From Pyrinomonadaceae bacterium (GTDB lineage: Bacteria; Acidobacteriota; Blastocatellia; Pyrinomonadales; Pyrinomonadaceae): a stretch of DNA of 64,000 nucleotides. The translations under genes were made by a program, and so were the position numbers. The stretch spans positions 41 to 64,040 of the forward strand of contig DATLMV010000044.1 of assembly GCA_035537095.1 (NCBI GenBank), written 5' to 3'. Each line of letters begins with the position of its first letter. Positions within the stretch are counted from its first letter, which is position 1. Under the pieces are notes generated by a model, which saw only the letters and a program-made list of their open reading frames with translations, did no database searches and was not told the DNA's origin. This document shows positions 14,751-24,500 of the stretch, in pieces.

Positions 14751-17700
14751 TCACTTGTTGTCTAAAATCGTCAGCGCGCCGCCCGCCGTGTTGGCCTGAA
14801 CGGTCGGCTGGTACATCTGCTCGACGCGCGCGGGCGCGATGCGAAACTCGCCGGGCACTTGCACGCGCATCGCGTATTGGAAGACGGCGTTGCCGTCGAA
14901 GTGGTTGACGAAGAAGGCGGCCTTCTGGTCGCGGAACTCGCGCGCGCTGTACCAATCGCTCCACCCGCTCGCGTCGTAGTCGAGACTGATGCCGCTCACC
15001 TCCGCGACCTGTTCGCAGCCCGCCGGAATCGGGTCTTCAATCAACAGGTAACTCGCCTGCTGGCCCTCGACTTTGAGACGCGAGACGATGGTGTCGCCCG
15101 AGCGGAGTTCGCCCGAAAGGGGTTCGGTCTTCCAGGTGGGCGTGCCCTTGTCGTCTTCGACGACGCGCAGGCGCAGGTATTCGCGCGTCACGCGCAACTG
15201 CGGCGAGCCTTGCGCGGCGACCTGTTCTTCGTTCGTGTAGTGCGTGAGCGTCGTCGAGAGATAGAGCAGCCCCGCGCCGTGTTTGACGATGCGGATTTCG
15301 CTCGCGCCGCCGACTTCCGTTCCCTTGCGCTGGATAACGATGGACGGCGCGGAGGTGGCATCGGCGGCGGTCATCTGCTTGGCGAGCACCTGTTCGCCGT
15401 TCAGGTAAACTTCGAGCGAATAATCGGGCGACAATTCGGAGCTCGCCTTGAGATAGTCGGTCAGGCCGAAGATGGCGAAGGCCGTGTCTTTGGTCGAGTA
15501 CCAGTAGTTGCCGTGCTTGCGGCTGAGGACGAGCCAGCGCGCCGCCTGCGGCATCAGCGCGCTCTGCGGAGAGATGCGCGCCAGAGCCTTGAGCGAGAGC
15601 GCGGTCGCTTCCACTTCGTTGGACTCGGTTGTGCCGTAATGCGTCTTGCGGTTTGACGGCCAATGCGCGCCGCGCGCGTCGGACGAGACGGTGCGTTCGA
15701 TTTCGGCGGCGACCACTTGTGCGCGCTTCGCGTCGCCGAGCGTGGAGAGCGCGAGCGCGAGCAGCGAGCGACCGTAGGGTTGAAGGTTGCCGCGTTTGTT
15801 GAAGAGATCGTCGGTGTAGCGCGCTTCGCCCGCGCCGCTCGTCGCCAGCGCGTAGATCATGTAGGCGCGCGTTTCCAAATCAATGTCCGCGCCCTCGTCG
15901 GTCTTGCCGGAATCAATCATCGCGCGGAGTTTTTCGCGTCCCCGTTCGAGACGCGCCTCGTCAACTTCGTAACCGGCGCGACGGGCGAGCGTCAAACCGT
16001 CCACGACGTAGGCCGACATGAAGGGGTCGGTAGCATCGTTTTTCCACCAGCCCCAACCGCCGTCCTCGTGTTGGAAACCGTAGAGACGGCGCAAGCCCCG
16101 TCGCACTTTGCGCTCGATGTTGTTCGAGTCTTTGATGGAAGCGGACTGCACCTCTTTGAGCGTCTGCGCGACGATGACGGTCGGGAGAAACTGCGACATC
16201 GTCTGCTCCGTGCAGCCGTAGGGGTAGCCGGTCAGGTAGTCGAGCGCGCCGAAGAGCGTGCCCGCGATGGAGGGCGCGACTTCGATGCGCAGGCGGCGCG
16301 AATACTGCTCGGCGTTGGCGGGCAACTTGAAGGTATAGCTCTGCTCGGCGTCGTTTTCCGAGACGGCGACCGATTCGGCGTGCACCCGCCGCAGACCGCG
16401 CGGCACGACTTCCAAACCCATCTCGACGGCGTCGGATTCCGTGTCGGTCAAGGCTTTGGCGAGAATCGTCAGTTCGCCCGTGTGCGGCGCGGCGACGCGC
16501 CAGTTGACGCGGTGTTCGCCCTGACTGGGAATCTGGACGGTCTGCGCGGGCGGGTCGAGCAGGCGCGCGCCGCCGCCGACATCAATCGTTATCTTCGTCG
16601 TCTTATCCTGTTTGAGATAGTTGTGCACGATGCCGGAGAGCGTCACGGTGTCGCCTTCGGTGAGGAAGCGCGGCATGGCGAGACGCAGGATAACGTCTTT
16701 ACGCGCGAGCACCTTTTCAACCGCGACGCCGACGCGCGTGTCGGCGGTGACGGCGCGGGCCGTCGCGCGCCACGTCGTCAGGTTGTCGGGCAGGTCAACT
16801 TTGACGCTCGCCTTGCCGTCCGCGCCCGTGACGACGTTTGACTGCCAGAAGGCCGTGTCTTTGAAAATCTTGCGTATCTTCGGATTGACGAACTCCGCAT
16901 CGTTCTTGAAGTCCGCGAGTTGGAAGGCGCGGCGGTTCGCGGCCAGTTGCATGGGCTTCTTACCGGCGTAGCCGGTGAAGGTGTAGTTGACGGAAAAACT
17001 GGTCGTCACTTCGTTGTAGCGGCGACCGTAGAAGTGGCGGCGGATGTCTGTGACGCTCTCTCCGGCGATGCTGTAGATGGACTCGTCAACGACGCCGAGG
17101 CTCACCTCCGCGCCCGCCGCCGGAGAGCCGTCCATGTTGCGCGCGAGGATGGTGTAAGAGGCGGGGTCGCGCGGTTTGTACTCCTTCTTGTCGGGGATGA
17201 TTTGCAGGTTCAGCAGCTTATCGCGCGCGGGCACGACGAGCATCTGGTCTTGCGTGTACATGTCGCTGTTGCGCACGTATGTGACGTTGAGAAAGACGTT
17301 CGGCGCATAGCGCGCCTCGATGGGCACGTCAATCACGACCGTGCGACCGACGGACTCGACTTGGCGGACGGTCAGGACGTTCATCAGTTCGGTCGTCACG
17401 AGCAGGTGCGCTTTATCCGTCGGCAGCAGGGCGAGGACGTGCGCCGTCTCGCCGACGCGGTAGGATTTCTTATCGGGCACGAGTTTGATTGTCTCCTCGC
17501 CCTGATAGGAGAGGTCAGTCCATTGATTCTCGCGGTCGGCGACCCAGATGGAGCCGCCTTCGGACGTGACCTGCTTGCCGCGCTCCTCGACGGTCGTCTT
17601 GATGTGGACGCTCCCCGGTATCTGCACGCGGTAATCGTAAGAGGCTTCGCCCTGCGCGTTGGTCTCGACCGTGGCGGCGGAGAGTTCTTTCTCCTTCATG

Positions 17701-19787
17701 TCGTAGCCCGGATACTCCTGCCCGAAGTCGTCCTTGCGCGCCACCTTCTCCCAGCGACGTTCGACGAACGTCAGCTTAACGCGCGTCTGCACGGGCCTGC
17801 CTTCGCGGTCGCCCGCGCGGACGAGAATCTTCGCCGTGTCGTTCTGGTAATAGACGAAGCGTTCAGGCTGCGCGGTTGCGACGGTGTTCGCGCGCACGCC
17901 GATGAAGCTCGCGCTGCCGTCCATCGTGCGGCGCGCGGCGTCCGTCACCTGCACGTCTATGCGATAGGTCGAATCGTACAACTCTTTGGCGTCGGGCGGC
18001 GCAACGTTGAACGGGATTTCGAGGCGGCCCTGCGCGTCGAGTTTGCCTTCGCCCTCCTGCACCAACTGGTCGCCGTAGCCGTAACCGCCCTCGCCGCCCT
18101 CGCCTTCCTCCGCCGAGGGGTCTTCGCCGAACTCGTCGGCCAACTCCTCGTCCTCGCCCTCGCCGCGCCACCAGCCGTAGTAACGCGAACGATAGACGTA
18201 ATACTTCACGCCCGCGCGCGTGACCGGCGCGCCGAAGAAATACTTGGCCGAGACGGTGAACTTCGTCGTCTCGCCCGCGTTGACGTAGCGTTGCGGGACG
18301 CCGACGCTCACCTTGTATTCGGGTTTCTTATACTCCTGCACGTCGAAATATCCGGTCGCCGTCGTCTCGCCGACTTGCGCCGTGATGTTGTATGTGCCGA
18401 GCGCGGCTTCTTCCGGCAGATCGAGTTCGCCGCCGAACGTGCCGCGCGAAGAGAGCTTCAACTCCTGCTCGAAGAGGCGTCCGCTGTTCGGGTCGTCAAC
18501 CGTCACGCTGATTGTCTTGCCCGGCAGCAGGCGGTAGCCGTTCTCCGTCAGGCGGCGCAGGATGCCTTTGAAATAGACCTTCTGTTCGGGACGATAGACG
18601 GGGCGGTCGGTGTAGATATAACTGGTCAGCGTCTCGTCGCTCCCGCCTTCGCCTTCGCCCTCCTCCGCAAACTCGCCCTCGCCTTCGCCCCCGCTGAAAT
18701 AGAACGAGTCGAGATCGGAGACGGCGAAGTTCTCGCCCTCGCTCGCCAGCACGAGATAGGAATCGTTGACCGGCTCGCTCGATTCTTCCGCTGCCTCCGC
18801 GCCCTCTTCGCCCGCGCCCGCTTCCGCGTCGCCCGCCGCCGCTTCCGCCTGCTTCGCATCGAGAGCGGCGGCCTTCTTCTTGTCCAGCGTGATTCTCAAC
18901 AAGCCCTGCTTGTCCGTGACGCCGCCCTGCAAGCTCTCCGCGCCGCGCACGATTTCGACGCGCACGCCGCCGCGCGGCTGGCCCGTTCGTCTCTCGACCG
19001 CATAGACGAGCATCTGCCCGTCGCGCGAGGTCTTCTGAATCGTCGTCAGGTCGGTGACGATGGTGACGCCGTAGGCGCGCAGGTCGCCGTTGACCGCTTC
19101 GACCAGATAGACGCCCGCCTCGCGTTTGCCGAGCGAGATCATCCGGCGGTCGTACACGTCTTCGAGCGGCGGCAACTTCTCGCGCCAACTGCTCACCATC
19201 TGATCGGGATTCAACAAAGGCACGCGCGCATAGTCGGCGACGTTCAACGGCGTGCGGTTGCTCTCCGCGACGGCGTCTTCGTCGGGGCGGCGAAACTTCT
19301 GGTTAAAACCCTTGCGCGATTGATTCTGAAGTTGCGAGCGGACGTAGGTTTTAATCGCGCCGTAGACGGAATTTTTGAAGGCGCGGAGTTTCTCCAAAAA
19401 CGTCGGCTGGCGTTTGATCATCTTGGCGACTTCCGCCGCCTCTTCGTCTTCGCCGACCTGATGCGGGTTGTCGAGTTGCTTGAAAAACTTCAACGGGTCT
19501 TTGACCTTATAGACGCGGAAGTCGAGTTGTTCGACGCCGCGATAATTCACCCAGACGCGCGCGCGGTCGGTCGTCCCGTACGTGCGATTGGTGACGAGCG
19601 AGAAGAAGGGCTTGGCGTTCTCGGCGGGCGGGTGGCGTTCGGCCTGCGGGTACTCGGAGAGCGTGTCGGGCGCGCTCTGCAAGGCGAAGCGGTTCTGCGT
19701 CCGCACGCGCAACACGGAGAAACCGAGCGCCAGAAGAATCACGCCCGCATAACAGGCGACGGTCAGGAGAACGTTTCGACGATTCAT
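14751..19787 (-). CDS. Alpha-2-macroglobulin family protein with thioester (membrane-anchored)
   Basis: 1678 aa. N-terminal TM (LLTVACYAGVILLALGF), MG-domain-like repeats, and the thioester motif GYPYGCTEQTMSQFLP (CTEQ codons 16214-16203). Confidence 0.9.
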   Translation of the reverse strand: MNRRNVLLTVACYAGVILLALGFSVLRVRTQNRFALQSAPDTLSEYPQAERHPPAENAKPFFSLVTNRTYGTTDRARVWVNYRGVEQLDFRVYKVKDPLKFFKQLDNPHQVGEDEEAAEVAKMIKRQPTFLEKLRAFKNSVYGAIKTYVRSQLQNQSRKGFNQKFRRPDEDAVAESNRTPLNVADYARVPLLNPDQMVSSWREKLPPLEDVYDRRMISLGKREAGVYLVEAVNGDLRAYGVTIVTDLTTIQKTSRDGQMLVYAVERRTGQPRGGVRVEIVRGAESLQGGVTDKQGLLRITLDKKKAAALDAKQAEAAAGDAEAGAGEEGAEAAEESSEPVNDSYLVLASEGENFAVSDLDSFYFSGGEGEGEFAEEGEGEGGSDETLTSYIYTDRPVYRPEQKVYFKGILRRLTENGYRLLPGKTISVTVDDPNSGRLFEQELKLSSRGTFGGELDLPEEAALGTYNITAQVGETTATGYFDVQEYKKPEYKVSVGVPQRYVNAGETTKFTVSAKYFFGAPVTRAGVKYYVYRSRYYGWWRGEGEDEELADEFGEDPSAEEGEGGEGGYGYGDQLVQEGEGKLDAQGRLEIPFNVAPPDAKELYDSTYRIDVQVTDAARRTMDGSASFIGVRANTVATAQPERFVYYQNDTAKILVRAGDREGRPVQTRVKLTFVERRWEKVARKDDFGQEYPGYDMKEKELSAATVETNAQGEASYDYRVQIPGSVHIKTTVEERGKQVTSEGGSIWVADRENQWTDLSYQGEETIKLVPDKKSYRVGETAHVLALLPTDKAHLLVTTELMNVLTVRQVESVGRTVVIDVPIEARYAPNVFLNVTYVRNSDMYTQDQMLVVPARDKLLNLQIIPDKKEYKPRDPASYTILARNMDGSPAAGAEVSLGVVDESIYSIAGESVTDIRRHFYGRRYNEVTTSFSVNYTFTGYAGKKPMQLAANRRAFQLADFKNDAEFVNPKIRKIFKDTAFWQSNVVTGADGKASVKVDLPDNLTTWRATARAVTADTRVGVAVEKVLARKDVILRLAMPRFLTEGDTVTLSGIVHNYLKQDKTTKITIDVGGGARLLDPPAQTVQIPSQGEHRVNWRVAAPHTGELTILAKALTDTESDAVEMGLEVVPRGLRRVHAESVAVSENDAEQSYTFKLPANAEQYSRRLRIEVAPSIAGTLFGALDYLTGYPYGCTEQTMSQFLPTVIVAQTLKEVQSASIKDSNNIERKVRRGLRRLYGFQHEDGGWGWWKNDATDPFMSAYVVDGLTLARRAGYEVDEARLERGREKLRAMIDSGKTDEGADIDLETRAYMIYALATSGAGEARYTDDLFNKRGNLQPYGRSLLALALSTLGDAKRAQVVAAEIERTVSSDARGAHWPSNRKTHYGTTESNEVEATALSLKALARISPQSALMPQAARWLVLSRKHGNYWYSTKDTAFAIFGLTDYLKASSELSPDYSLEVYLNGEQVLAKQMTAADATSAPSIVIQRKGTEVGGASEIRIVKHGAGLLYLSTTLTHYTNEEQVAAQGSPQLRVTREYLRLRVVEDDKGTPTWKTEPLSGELRSGDTIVSRLKVEGQQASYLLIEDPIPAGCEQVAEVSGISLDYDASGWSDWYSAREFRDQKAAFFVNHFDGNAVFQYAMRVQVPGEFRIAPARVEQMYQPTVQANTAGGALTILDNK

Positions 19788-19802
19788 AACGAAGCCTCAA
19801 AG

Positions 19803-19903
19803 CAGATGTTAGATGTTAGATGTTGGAAGAAGCAGGAAGATGGAAGACTCTCCTTCCGCTTTTCGCCTCTTTCTAACATCTGACATCTAACATCCGACAT
19901 CTG
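19803..19903. repeat. Imperfect long hairpin, GATGTTA-type arms
   Basis: 19803-19823 cagatgttagatgttagatgt versus the reverse complement of 19883-19903 (cagatgtcggatgttagatgt): 19/21 match. Tandem agatgtt x3. Lies between the A2M-1 start and the DUF1175 stop. Confidence 0.8.
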
Positions 19904-19907
19904 TTGT

Positions 19908-20747
19908 TCATTCGAGCATCTTGAGCCGGTAGAATCCGAGAAAGTTGCGGTTGCGCTCAAGGGGACGCCAGCGACGGTCGGGATGTTGGTCGAGCACGGC
20001 GAGGCGAACTTTTTTGATCGTGCCTGCGCCATCGGCCACCGTGCCCGTGTGATAGACCACCCAATCGTCGGCCCCTTCGTTTTGTGCGCGCGCCGCGCCG
20101 AGATAAATCATGACGTGGAAGGGATACTTCTGCGCCCACGGTTGATAGAAAAAGAGCAGGTCGCCCGCCTCGGCCTGCCTGCGGTCGCGGCTGACGAAGG
20201 TCGAGTTGAACTCCTTGAGCGTGCGCGCGTCGGCGAAGTCGGAGAAGGTGGCATCGCGCAGGTCTGTCTCACGAAACGCGCCGGAGCGCGTGCGGAAGAG
20301 TTTTTCGCCGACGGGGCTGCGTTCGAGATTGTATGCGCGCACGTCGGGCGCGAACTGCTCGTAGCCCGCGCCCATCTTCTGAAACCAGCGGCGGTCGTGC
20401 GGGCGCAGAGCCTCGCGCCAAGCGAAGCGCACGAGTCCCGCACAGTCTCGCTGCTCCGCGTTCCATGATTCGCTCTGCTGGTAGAACTGCATCTCGGCGA
20501 TGCTCACGAACCAGCGACGGAAACTTTCGCGGTCGCCGTGCGTGTGCAACTCGATGCGGTCGGGGAGCCCGTCGGCGTCCGCGTCGTTCCAGACGTGCGC
20601 GTCGCGTGTCGTTGTAGTGGATGGCGGCTGAGAGGGCGCGCGTCCGGCGTGCGCTTCGAGCGGCGCGGGGCGCAGGCAAGCCCCGGCAAGCGTGCAGGCG
20701 AGCACGAGGAGCAGCAGACGGATTGTGAGACGGACACGGGGGAACAT
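19908..20747 (-). CDS. DUF1175 (YfaT-like) family lipoprotein
   Basis: Track ORF trimmed to the ATG at 20747-20745 (MFPRVRLTIRLLLLVLACTLAGAC, lipobox-like), 279 aa. FRRWFVSIAEMQFY...RDCAGLVRFAWREAL matches my recollection of DUF1175 proteins, which accompany bacterial A2M genes. Confidence 0.65.
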   Translation of the reverse strand: MFPRVRLTIRLLLLVLACTLAGACLRPAPLEAHAGRAPSQPPSTTTTRDAHVWNDADADGLPDRIELHTHGDRESFRRWFVSIAEMQFYQQSESWNAEQRDCAGLVRFAWREALRPHDRRWFQKMGAGYEQFAPDVRAYNLERSPVGEKLFRTRSGAFRETDLRDATFSDFADARTLKEFNSTFVSRDRRQAEAGDLLFFYQPWAQKYPFHVMIYLGAARAQNEGADDWVVYHTGTVADGAGTIKKVRLAVLDQHPDRRWRPLERNRNFLGFYRLKMLE

Positions 20748-20982
20748 CTGTGTAGACGAACTACCGGAACCTCCTGCTATCGCTCGCAAGCGCGACCCGA
20801 CGAGCCTTCGATCTCCCTTTGATGCGCGGCGAGAAAACTTTGGCCGCGAGACGTGCGCGATGCGCCTTTGCGGGCGCTCCGGTGCAGCGGTTTGTGTGCG
20901 TGCTAAAACTAACACGAGCGTCAAGAGTTGTCTCCAAAATTTTTATGCGCCCGAACGTGACGCAGCAGCAATCAACAAAAGT

Positions 20983-21025
20983 CTGCCCTTTATCTTTTGC
21001 CTTTTGCCTTTGCCTTTTCTCTTTC
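20983..21025 (+). repeat. Single pyrimidine-rich block (CTTTTGCC tandem)
   Basis: ctgccctttatcttttgccttttgcctttgccttttctctttc. No complementary arm within about 100 nt. Confidence 0.7.
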
Positions 21026-21528
21026 GCGGCGGGCAACGGTGCGGCACACGCGGGAGATTATCGCCCGCTTTCGACGCGCGCGCGAGACTGAGGCTGACAT
21101 AGCGAGTAGCATGCCGCAACGCGCCGCGCCTGTGGCTATCCACATTGACGGCGCGGCGCGTTATCGAGCACGGACTCCTGCGGGTGTGTGCCGCGCATCC
21201 GCGTTCTCAAAACAGGCTCTGTCCTGAGGATTACGCTCGCGCCGTTTTTGTGACGGCGAAGTTCGGGCTGCAAGCTTTCGTCTCTCCGGCGTTCTTCAAG
21301 CGTGTGTGATTTAATGCGCCCGCACGCGCGTGCGCTTTGTCTAAAGGAAATATCCGTCACGCACGCGCACGGGGCGGCGTTAAGTTAAGTTTAGGCAGCG
21401 CGGTCAACCTTCCGGCGGCGCGGCGTCATCAGAGTCGAAACGGTTGCGTGCGGCGGGCGTCCGCTCCGGCGGTCGTCGCCGTCTTCCGTGAAGCCTTCCG
21501 AGATCGAAAGAGACTGTTCCTCAATTCT

Positions 21529-24500
21529 ATGAAACCACTTAAAGCGTCCATCCTGCCGCTCATTCTTCTGCTGCTCGCGCCCCTCGCGCTCGCAGCCGCG
21601 CAACAGGGCGAGTACGAAAAACTCAAGACCGAAGCCGAGCGTTTCTACGCCGAATCCTCGTATGCGCGCGCGCGCGAGTTGTACGAGCGCGCCGACGCTC
21701 TGGAAATTCCGGCGGACGATGCGCGATGGGTTGATTTTCGTCTCGCCGATACGCTCTGGCGCGCGCAGGCCGCGACCGAAACCGCCGACACGACCAAGCA
21801 CGAACGCGCGCGTGCGGAACTCGAAGAGTTGATTCGCGAGAGCGAGCGCGCGGGCAAGCGCGACCGGGTGTGGGCCGAGGCGCACGAGTCGCTCGGTGAT
21901 TTCTGGTGGACGCGGCGCGAAGTGCGCGCGTGGGGCACGGCTTGGCCGCACTACAAGGAGGCGTTGGAGTGGTGGGCCGGGGCGCGCGACATCGAAGCGG
22001 CGCGCACGCGTTATCTCAAGATCGTCTGGACGGTCGCCCGCCCGCCCCGCGTCGAGGATTATTACTACTACGGCTACCACGGCAACACCCTGCCGATGGA
22101 TGTCCTTGAGAACGCGCTCAAGATCACGCGCAGCCGCGAAGACCAAGCGCACGCGCATTATCTGCTGGCGATGACCTTGCGGCAGCAGGGCGACGGCGAG
22201 ATGCGCGCGCGCGCCGAGGAGGAGTTTGAGGCCGCGCTCAAGACGGGCAAGGCGAGCGAGTGGTACGACGATGCGCTCCACTTCTACGCCGAGTGGTTGT
22301 CGAACTACGGTCGCGCGCGCGCGTCGGAGGATGGTCAATGGACGTTCGAGCCGGACTTCGTGAAGGCGGTCGCGTTGTATCGTCGCCTGCTCGCGGAGCA
22401 CCGCAAGGGCGAGACGCGCTACTACGATACGGCGCAGCAGCAGGTAGAAAATCTGACGAAGCCGACGCTCAACGTCGGCGTCTCGAACGTCTTTCTGCCC
22501 GACTCCGAGATACAGTTTCATGTCAACTGGCGCAACGTCCGGCGCATCAACTTCGCGCTCTATCCGCTCAACCTTCCGCGCGACGTGCGTTTCGAGAGCA
22601 AGGACGCAGACCAATCTTGGATACAGGCCATCAGGCCGCCCGCCGGACAGCGCGTGCGCGCTTGGACGAAGGAGACGGGAGACAAAGGCGACCACACTCC
22701 GGCGCAGGAGTTGGCGCGCATCGAGGGCAAACTGCCCGTCGGCGCGTACCTTCTGGAAGCGACGACCGAGAGCGGCGTGCGCGCGCGTGAAGTGATTCTC
22801 GTGACGGATGCCGCGCTCGTCCTGAAGTCGTCGGGCAAGCGTGCGCTCGTCTATTTCTGCAACGCGCAGACGGGCGCGCCCATCGCGGAGGCGAGCGTCA
22901 AGGTCTGGCAGAGGATGTACCAGAACAGCGTGTGGGTCTGGTGGGAGAAGTCCGGCGTGACGAACGCGGACGGCATCGCCGTCTTCGATTTACCGGAGAA
23001 AGAGCACGGTTCGGAGATGTTCGCCAGCGCGGAGCAGCAGGGCCGACAGGCGTTCAGCAACGGCTACACTTCGTATCATCACACGGACGCTCAGGCGTGG
23101 CGCATCTACGCCTTCACGGATCGTCCCGCCTATCGCCCGCGCGAGACGATGCAATGGAAGTTCATCGCGCGCCGCTACGAGGCGGGCACGTATTCGACTC
23201 CGGCGCAGCAGACTGTCGAGTTTGAAATCGCCGACCCGCGCGGCACGAAGGTGCATGAAGGCAAGGCTGTCTTGAACACGTTCGGCAGCGCGTGGGGGAC
23301 GCTCGAACTGACGGAGGCGATGCCGCTCGGCGAGTATCGCGTCACGTTCTGGAACGCCGGACGCCAGCAGCACATCGGCGGCGCGACGCTCTTTCGTCTC
23401 GAAGAGTACAAGCTGCCGGAGTTCAAAGTTAAAATCAGCACGCCCGAAGTTGACGGCAAGCGCAAAGCGTTCCGGCTCGGCGAGCGCGTCGAAGTCAAAC
23501 TCGAAGCCGCTTATTACTACGGCGGGCCGGTCGGCGGCGGCACGGTCGAAGTCCTCGTCTATCAGAACCCCTTCTATCATTGGTGGCAACCGGAGCGCGA
23601 CTACTCTTGGTACTACGACGACTCGGAGCGGATGCGCCGCTACTACGGCGGCGGCGGGCAGATTATCAAACGCGAGACGCTGAAGCTCGACGCCGAGGGC
23701 CGTGCGTCTCTGAACTTCGAGACGCCGCGCAGCGCGGGTCAGGATTTCGAGTATCGCATCGAGGCGCGCGTCACCGATGCGTCGCGGCGCGAGATCACCG
23801 CCAACGAGACGGTGCGCGTCACGCGCCAGCGTTACTACGTCTATCCGCGCGCCGAGCACAATCTCTATCGCCCGCAGGATACGGTCAAACTCGACATCAA
23901 GGCGCTCGACGCCAACAATCAGCCGGTCGTCGCCGAAGGGCAGTTGAAGGTGACGCGCGACTACTGGTACGAAATCTGGATTGACCCGCAGGGGCGCGAG
24001 GTCAAGGGCGAAGAACTGCGCCTCCTGCGCGCACGGCACGGCATGTTTCCGCCCGCGCCGAAGGCGGGCGCGCGCACGGGCTGGCGTCTCAAGTTTCGCG
24101 GCTACGAGTACGACGACATCCTGACGCAGACCGTCAAGACAGACGACGCGGGCGCAGCCGAGTTTCGTTTCAAGCCGGAGCGCGAGGGCTTCTACCGCCT
24201 CTCTTGGACGAGCCCCGACAAGGGCGCGCAAGCTATCCGCGCGGAGACGACCGTGTGGGTTGCCACCAACGCGACGACCGAGACGGGCTACCGTCAGGGC
24301 GGCGTCGAGATCATCGTAGACCGCGATACTTTCCGCGCGGGCGAGACGGCGCGCTTAATGTTGAGCGTCCCGACGAACGACCGCTACGTGCTGTTCAGCG
24401 TCGAGGGCGAAGACCTCTACAGCTATCGTCTCGTGCATCTGACGGGCACGGCGAAACTCATCGAGTTGCCCGTCGAAGAACGACACGTCCCGAACATCTT

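Noticed and set aside
16920-19883. 987-aa plus-strand ORF, the longest unassigned ORF in the track
   Set aside because: It lies entirely antisense to the alpha-2-macroglobulin gene (14751-19787), which has clear family motifs including the thioester. Its translation is Arg/Ala/Gly/Val-rich with no recognisable motif. This is a typical high-GC shadow ORF.
21337-21528. N-terminal extensions of track ORFs. Examples: 21337 for A2M-2, 7023 for TPR-CHAT, 39133 for the permease, 43879 and 42332 for the TldD/PmbA genes, 20924 for DUF1175, 62362 for the barrel protein, and 1453 for def.
   Set aside because: In each case an internal ATG is followed by a plausible signal peptide or a conserved N-terminus, and often creates an ATGA/TGATG junction with the upstream gene. 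The extensions are Arg-rich and run through intergenic repeats.
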